Shown: positions 1 through 5,509 of the stretch, piece after piece | Numbering within the stretch: the first letter of the stretch is position 1 | Layout of the letters: each line of letters opens with the position of its first letter | Source: Paraspadella gotoi | Lineage: Eukaryota > Animalia > Chaetognatha | Assembly (NCBI GenBank): GCA_051294375.1 | Contig: JBJCIZ010000375.1 | Span: 1-5,509, forward strand | Length of the DNA: 5,509 nt | Reading direction: 5' to 3' | Made by a program: the position numbers and the translations under genes | Notes under the pieces: model-generated | The model's database searches: none | Seen by the model: only the letters and a program-made list of their open reading frames with translations | Told to the model about the DNA's origin: nothing

Positions 1-56
1 GTAACGACGACGATGAGAAAGACGACGGGAAAAACAAAGAAATCGCGAATGACCAT
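1..56 (-). CDS. Possible start of a divergent gene with a signal-peptide-like N-terminus (partial)
   Basis: Minus-strand ATG at 56-54 gives MVIRDFFVFPVVFLIVVV.., preceded by a TTTTCAG acceptor at 97-91. The region is more GC-rich than 185-530. A competing reading is the + strand end of an acidic ORF, NDDDEKDDGKNKEIANDHEMGQ* (3-71). Confidence 0.3.
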   Translation of the reverse strand, partial: MVIRDFFVFPVVFLIVVV

Positions 57-184
57 GAAATGGGCCAATGAAGAGCCGAATCGAAAGAAACTGAAAATTT
101 GACCCTTACCTCCGATCCTACCCAAGCATATAAAGATATAAAGATCGGGCGATCGCCGCAGGACTTGAATCGACCAATCTCTTG

Positions 185-575
185 GATAAAAAGTTTTTTA
201 ATTTTTTTGTATATTTTTTAATCCAATTGCCTACTAGGCAATGCCTAGTTTTAATTTTAATTTTTTTAATTTTATTTATTTTGCTATTGTTTATATTAAA
301 AAAATTTAGAAACCCCCAAAACCAATGTTTTTAAATAGTAATGCATAATTCTTACTCTTTTAATTTAAAGTTTTTTTCTTTGAAGAAATATCAACATAAA
401 CGGATACTTTTTGGAGTTTTGATGACGTTTTCTACAGAATGTCAATTTGTTTTTAAATTTATTTTGCAAGTTTAATTAAATGTTTATTTAAATTTGTTAC
501 CAAGGCTGAAGAATTAAATTTTTTTTACAAATCAGAAGTCGTGGATCTCCTTGTAAAACATATACTACAGCAAAC
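185..575 (+). promoter_or_regulatory. AT-rich upstream/intergenic region with a candidate 3' splice (or trans-splice) acceptor at 535
   Basis: Poly-T/poly-A tracts. A T-tract followed by acaaatcAG ends at 535, 40 nt before the ATG at 576. Confidence 0.3.
226..249. repeat. Two overlapping short palindromes (TGCCTA / TAGGCA / TGCCTA)
   Basis: ATTGCCTA-c-TAGGCAAT (226-242) and ACTAGGCA-a-TGCCTAGT (233-249), each with 8-bp arms and a 1-nt spacer. Confidence 0.8.
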
Positions 576-1223
576 ATGACGGTCTTACATGCTTTATTCA
601 AATCAGCCCTGTCCATAAGCTCAACTGCTTTTCGTCAGCAACAGTTTCTTCATCGCTGCATCAATCAAAACCACCAAATTAATAATCCTCAGTTGAATTT
701 AAGCCGACTTTGCCGCCCTTTGTCGGCCAAAGAAGTTTATTATGAGAGTTCACAGCTACATGGAAACCACAATATCACTTGTGTGTTTCTTGTCCAAAGT
801 CCAAAATCTCTGATAGCAAGTAATTTGACAAAGGCGTTGGGAAGAGTGGCCGCCACTCATCCGATGCTGAGGATGAGAATTGTCTCCTCAGGAGACAATA
901 TGCGATTTGAGGAGATGAATGAGTTCGCCCCTGATTTTGAAGAAGTTGAAACGAATGACTGGAAATCCATTGCAGAAGATGAATGTCAAAAACCTTTTGA
1001 TTCTTCAAAGGGCCCTTTGTGGAGGGTCAAATTTCTTATGGAAAATGCGGGAACAAAGCATTGCCGACCCTTGGTGTTTTCTTTTAATCATTGCATTTGT
1101 GATGCTAAATCAACAATGGTGATCATGAATCAGCTTATGCATCACTTGGGTCAACATGACTCGGAAGATAAAAACCAAAAATCGCATTCCAACCCAGAGA
1201 CATGCCTTGCTTTGCCAAAATGA
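576..1223 (+). CDS. N-terminal lobe of a stand-alone CoA-dependent acyltransferase (condensation-domain / alcohol acetyltransferase / PapA5-like), exon 1 ORF
   Basis: 215-aa ORF with the family motifs in the expected order: RPLSAKE (R-x-L-x-x-x-E start of fold), ALGRVAATHPMLRMRI (HPxLR), E-x-x-K-PFDSSKGPLWRV (PFD..GPLWR) and the catalytic HxxxD as FNHCICDA (H172 at 1089-1091, D176 at 1101-1103). Start context is GCAAAC-ATG. The ORF ends at TGA 1221-1223, before the splice donor at 1284. Confidence 0.85.
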   Translation: MTVLHALFKSALSISSTAFRQQQFLHRCINQNHQINNPQLNLSRLCRPLSAKEVYYESSQLHGNHNITCVFLVQSPKSLIASNLTKALGRVAATHPMLRMRIVSSGDNMRFEEMNEFAPDFEEVETNDWKSIAEDECQKPFDSSKGPLWRVKFLMENAGTKHCRPLVFSFNHCICDAKSTMVIMNQLMHHLGQHDSEDKNQKSHSNPETCLALPK

Positions 1224-1224
1224 A

Positions 1225-1506
1225 ATGTTGGGCAACAATCCCACCATTCATTTGGTGAAAATTCTTGGCCAAAAAGTATTTTGGTAAGGAAAAAATATTT
1301 TTCACTGATGAATCAATCATTGAATTTAACTTGTTTTTATTCATCTTAACAGGGCCATCATATCTTCGACAACTCTTTTGAAAAAATTATTGAAAATTAA
1401 TCTTGGTTTATTCTCCAGAGCTGTTACTCAGCTGGATCCCCTTGCTTATTTGCCCAGCTCATTCCCAAGCCGCGACTCGCAAAAAATTCACCGGCTAAGG
1501 CCATAA
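1225..1506 (+). CDS. Probable inter-lobe linker of the same acyltransferase, read in the +1 frame across the intron (join 1225..1283,1353..1506)
   Basis: The +1 frame is open from 1129 to 1283. After removing intron 1284-1352 it continues to TAA 1504-1506, reading ...HALLCQNE-MLGNNPTIHLVKILGQKVFWAIISSTTLLKKLLKINLGLFSRAVTQLDPLAYLPSSFPSRDSQKIHRLRP. The hydrophobic/amphipathic character fits a helical linker (inference). Joining it to both lobes requires two compensating frameshifts. Confidence 0.45.
1284..1352 (+). other. Spliceosomal GT-AG intron, 69 nt (alternative acceptor at 1418 would give 135 nt)
   Basis: Donor TTG|GTAAGG at 1284, very AT-rich interior, and pyrimidine tract plus acceptor ttgtttttattcatcttaacAG ending at 1352. 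A second acceptor-like site, tttattctccAG, ends at 1418. Confidence 0.75.
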
Positions 1507-1841
1507 TGATTCCTTTAGAATTTTCTGCTGATGTTTTAAGTATTCTCCTTCATAAAAGTCGTCTCCATGGTTGTAAGCTTCAAGGCACTATGCACTCCGT
1601 TGCACTGATGGCGTACGTTCGAACGCTAACAAGCCTGGCGGCTGATCAGATGTCACTAATTAATCAAATTCCGATCGCCGCCTCTTACACAGTGTGTCTT
1701 AGGCAGTTTGCAGATCCACCAGTCGCACCAAGAGTTGTTGGATTATATGTCTCCAGACATACCATTCACAACACGGTGCAAATCGCCACTGTGGAGAAGA
1801 ACTTTTGGTCCTTGGCCACATCGATTCACGAAGAGATTCAC
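1401..1841 (+). CDS. C-terminal lobe of the acyltransferase, partial (truncated by the assembly gap)
   Basis: Same frame as the 576 ORF, open from 1401 with Met at 1506. LLHKSRLHGCKLQGTMHSVALMA resembles the L..CR..G.T....L.AA helix, followed by VCLRQFADPP (V.LR), GLYVS and FWSLA. These are typical second-lobe motifs of condensation/AATase/PapA5-like proteins. The frame runs into Ns with no stop. Confidence 0.8.
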
Positions 1842-1866
1842 NNNNNNNNNNNNNNNNNNNNNNNNN
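1842..1866. other. Assembly gap (25 N)
   Basis: Run of exactly 25 Ns. The acyltransferase does not recognisably resume after it. Confidence 0.99.
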
Positions 1867-2928
1867 TGCGTCGATTGTGAAGACACAATATAACGACTGA
1901 TAAACGTAAACCTGAATGAGGATTGACATATGAAAACACTTACAAAGAAGTCCCGAAAATGACAATTAGAAATATACTGAATTTCCCCATTACAGTAGAA
2001 TGACACTGCGCACCTACGCAAAAAGTGAGAGTCCTCTTTATCACAACTGATTATTTGAGAGCATGGTGGGGACATTCTCAATCGAGTGAACCCAAGGTTA
2101 CTGCGACCCGTTGACGAGAGTAGTAATGCAAACAATGGTAACAAGGTAACTTGTGGCTTTTGATGGCAGAATCGAGAGACACGGACAATTATTCTTAGAG
2201 AAATTGTGGAGGACGAAAGACACCTTACGAGTCTGCTTATTGTTGAAACGTGTGTGAGGAATGTGAAACATGTGACAACTACTAAAATTTAAAACATCGA
2301 ATTTCAGATAGGGAATATTTGCTCTTGTTATAACAGTGATGTGGCGGATTGACTCTTCTTGTTTTGATATGGAGGTAAAAGAGAGACACGTAATAAAGGT
2401 GAGAAAACATGGTGGAATGAAAAGCAATCGGTGTCTACTGGGTGAGGGCAAACTGAGCGGCTCACAATATGTATTTTAAGCTTTCAAACGATTAGACGAC
2501 TAAATAGTCAGATGTACCACTTCTTTAATCTACTAGAGTGTCCCTCTTTCAATGGGCCCAGTGAAATCAATTCTTTAATATTCAACGGTCGAGATAGTCA
2601 CATCAGCTTAACCTTATAGTGCGCTAGCAAAGCATATAAATAGAAGCAAATTAGAAGTAATCTCAGAAAAATGGTTAGTTATTTATATAAATGCTTATGT
2701 GCTAATAAAATGTATGTTTTCCTTAACCAATAACAGTACACTTTTTAAGAATGTGGAATACGTTGGTGATAGAAATTTAAATCAGATCCTAATGCAAAAA
2801 CAAACATATACAGGGCCTTCTTAATTTTTGCTTTACTAATTTGTAACAATCTAAGAACAAATTTATAAAATCGTTACGGCGAGATGATTCCTTAAGTCCA
2901 GTCACACCGATTAAAACGGAATGGAATT

Positions 2929-3952
2929 AGAAAATTTCAGCCTGTTTTATAAATTGTTAAAATAAACGAAAAATTATGCTATATGTAACTAAACTACAGA
3001 AGCGCTTTAGTATTCAAATGCAACAAGGTATCGAGATTTCAGTCATAGACAATATCATCATTCAGCATACCCAATAATAACATTTAAACCTAAAGTCGAA
3101 AAAAAAAACAAATAATTAAATTAAAAAAACAAAAGTAAATAATAAAGCATTCTGCTATTGTTTTTATTTCAGAAAAAGGCAGCCACACTAGTCTTACGAA
3201 CGTATAATAACTCTGGTGACAAAGCGTCTTTCTACTGGTAAGAGGAAGGAGTAAGAAAAATCATTGAGTATTGAATAAACAATTACGCCACAAAATCACA
3301 AAATGACTTCCCAAACAGTTGTATCCAAACACCAATTTTTGACTGAGAGAAATAAAAATACTCAAATTTATTGTAATATATATTCATAGTCAAGGTCAAT
3401 GACGTGGAGGTGATAAAGTGCGAAGCACTGTTTGAATTCAAACAGGCGCATGTCATAATACAGGAACACAATTTTTATAATAAATTCATTAATTACAACT
3501 CATTGATTCCAGTTAATGCGACGACTAAAAATTTATTTTTAATTTCTTAATTTGCAGTGGTCTAAATTAGACTACTATTTATAACACTGGTATTGAGAGC
3601 TCATACCATGAGCACAAATGCATGGTCGGGTCAGTGATCTTCTGCGATAGGACCCGCAATTACGAATAGAGCTCGAGAGACCTTAATAGATTTTAATTTC
3701 GATACAGAATCTATTTTGAGGAAATGTCATGCAGTTTTGGCGTTTTTTCATTAGTTATATCTGTTATATATAAAGAAAGTCATTTTAGCTTTTATATCTT
3801 AGTTTAAAAAATAAGATGGCTACACTTATTTGGAGTGTTTACTACTAGGGATTTCAATGCAAAAATATTGAAAAAACAATAACGCAAATACAGCTTTGGA
3901 GACACAGTCATGTGCTTAAATTAGGGTAATTCCTAACTAAAGATAGTAAAGA
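2929..3952. repeat. Left arm of a long inverted repeat (degraded, insertion-rich copy)
   Basis: Colinear reverse-complement exact matches to the right arm: 2939-2957/5477-5495 (19 bp), 3314-3329/5174-5189 (16 bp), 3449-3483/5068-5102 (35 bp), 3524-3553/5005-5034 (30 bp) and 3936-3952/4796-4812 (17 bp). Loose similarity continues to about 4020. Confidence 0.95.
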
Positions 3953-4795
3953 CATTAACAAACCAAAACCTTATACTAATCCAAGGAAACAAACAATAAA
4001 AGTATTTTCTGTATCAATATAATCTGTAGACACGGCCATCAAGTGTACTTCCAATTATAATTCATAATAATCTAGTAAAGGCAGGAGTCTAGAAGTCATC
4101 TTCAATAGTATGCCGCCCATATGCTAGTAACCACACAAATATATCTTAGAGAGTAGCTTGTCTCGAGATGACGCCATTTTTTTATTTGAGTTCAGAGGAC
4201 AGCCGAAAAGTTGCTGTAAAGGCTCCGAAGACGACGGTGGGATCGTGAATAAGAGTCTGAAAAATGACGCGGGCAACTTGATAATTATCCGCGATAGAGA
4301 TTCTGCTTGATTCTTGAGTCACGCGACATGTTGTCAGGAGAGTGAACTGTCCCAATAAAGAAGTTTTATCCCTTGAACGGGCTTGATGAATGTATTGTTT
4401 GAAGATTGGCTTGGCTCATCGTTGCGCCATAAACCTGTAAATTGGGACGAGAATAATGAGGGAGTCCTTTGCTCACCGGACTCCTAATACAGACATAGAA
4501 ATACTAGCTTAGTTGATATTTGAAAAAACACTTGTGGAATTTTCAATTTTATTTACCCGAATCCAAAAAGTACCTGCAGTTACTTATAGGAAAAAGTCTA
4601 TTTTTAATTCTATGTCCCTCGTTTCAAAATCATTCATGGTTTTCTTGAATACAATCATCCAACATTTTTTTGGAAACAGGCTGTAGGACGAACTGATTCG
4701 AGCCTCATTCAATTGCCACGGATCGACTATTGGTATTTGTTTGCTTGAATTGACGAATGAATTAATAAAAACATTTTTTGTCCTGAGTGGTGTTA

Positions 4796-5509
4796 TCTTT
4801 ACTATCTTTAGTCAGGAATAACCCTAATTAAGCACACATTCTGTATTTGTATTGTATTATATTTGTATTGAAACCTAGTAAACCTAATAAGGGTGTCATC
4901 TATTTTAAAAGGATAATTAGAGTCTGATAAACTATGCGATTTAATGTATAAGGATACTGACATTTTCTATGGTAAGTACTATGTATAAATATAGGTTAAT
5001 GCGAAAATTAAGAAATTAAAAATAAATTTTTAGTGTCGCATTATGGATCAATGAATTAATTAATGAATTATTATAAAAATTGTGTTCCTGTATTATGACA
5101 TGGCTGTGAAGTCAACAGCTTCCTTTCCCGCGACATGAATAAACGTTGCTGTAAAGATGGAATCAGAAAAAGTTTTGGATACAACTGTTGGGAAAGCATT
5201 TGTGATTTGCGTAATTGTTTTGGAAACAATGATTTAACTACTCTTTACCATAGAAAGACGTTTGTCACCAGTATTATACCGTTCTAAAAGATATTGTGCC
5301 TTTTTTCTGAAATAAAAACAATGCAGAATTGTTTATTATTTATTTGTTTTTAATTTAATTATTTGTTTTTTTTCAGACTTAGTTTCAATGTGTATTGTAT
5401 GTGAATGATGATTGTACTGAATTAACCTTGTTGCATTTGAATAAAAGCGCTTCTATACTAGATATTTCGTTTATTTACAATTTATAAAACAGGCTTTTGA
5501 AAGTTTTTA
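4796..5509. repeat. Right arm of the long inverted repeat (compact copy; continues to the window edge)
   Basis: Reverse complement aligns colinearly with 2929-3952. Between the outermost anchors this arm is 700 bp versus 1014 bp for the left arm. Confidence 0.95.
4842..4870 (+). repeat. Short degenerate (TGTAT)n-like tandem repeat
   Basis: tgtatttgtattgtattatatttgtattg. Confidence 0.5.

Noticed and set aside
128-157. Tandem ATATAAAG x2 (TATA-like) and palindrome GGCGATCGCC containing the cyanobacterial HIP1 octamer
   Set aside because: Single short occurrences. The TATA-like repeat is over 400 bp from the ATG with no start-site evidence, and HIP1 is meaningful only when highly iterated.
775-1344. 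ORFs 775-1008 (-), 919-1122 (+) and 1135-1344 (-)
   Set aside because: Short shadow frames overlapping the motif-bearing acyltransferase exon and its intron, with no recognisable motifs.
1699-2144. ORFs 1699-1965 (-), 1708-1893 (+) and 1743-2144 (-)
   Set aside because: They are open only by reading through the N gap, which joins sequences that are probably not contiguous.
2371-2386. GGAGGTAAAAGAGAGA resembling part of the PacBio SMRTbell adapter
   Set aside because: Only a partial purine-rich match, and the flanks are not reverse complements of each other as a read-through adapter would require.
2098-2451. 117-aa minus-strand ORF
   Set aside because: No recognisable domain, no ATG at the annotated start, and it lies in sequence suspected of being an uncorrected read.
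3283-3471. 62-aa minus-strand ORF
   Set aside because: Lies in the degraded left repeat arm, and the many indels relative to the right arm mean the frame is not preserved there.
3921-3926. TTAGGG (mirrored as CCCTAA in the right arm)
   Set aside because: A single hexamer, not a telomeric array.
4587-4811. 75-codon stop-free minus-strand frame (LKIVKITPLRTKNVFINSFVNSSKQIPIVDPWQLNEAR...)
   Set aside because: No early ATG, no recognisable homology, and nearby splice-like sites (4573 donor, 4435 acceptor) do not yield a continuing frame.
1-5509. CRISPR array, tRNA/rRNA, transposase or prokaryotic operon/defence system
   Set aside because: No regularly spaced direct repeats, no cloverleaf or rRNA-like segments, no DDE/RT/HUH motifs in the ORFs, low coding density and a spliceosomal intron.

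Overview
AT-rich DNA that looks eukaryotic, probably an invertebrate draft assembly. This rests on a clean GT-AG intron, a CAAAC-ATG start context and long A/T intergenic tracts; the organism cannot be identified. The one well-supported gene starts at 576 (+) and encodes a stand-alone CoA-dependent acyltransferase of the condensation-domain / alcohol acetyltransferase / PapA5-like fold (HxxxD motif HCICD). It has a presequence-like N-terminal extension, an intron, a broken reading frame in the inter-lobe linker (TGA at 1221), and is cut off by a 25-N gap at 1842-1866. Right of the gap there is no recognisable gene. The dominant structure there is a long inverted repeat (about 2929-3952 versus 4796-5509, running off the window end) whose left arm is an insertion-riddled copy of the right arm. 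Together with the 25-N gap, this looks most like an uncorrected fold-back long read used in gap filling rather than biology, although a real inverted duplication or foldback element is not excluded. I found no CRISPR, RNA gene or transposase, and no convincing novel multi-gene system. The best biological lead is the split, possibly organelle-targeted acyltransferase.
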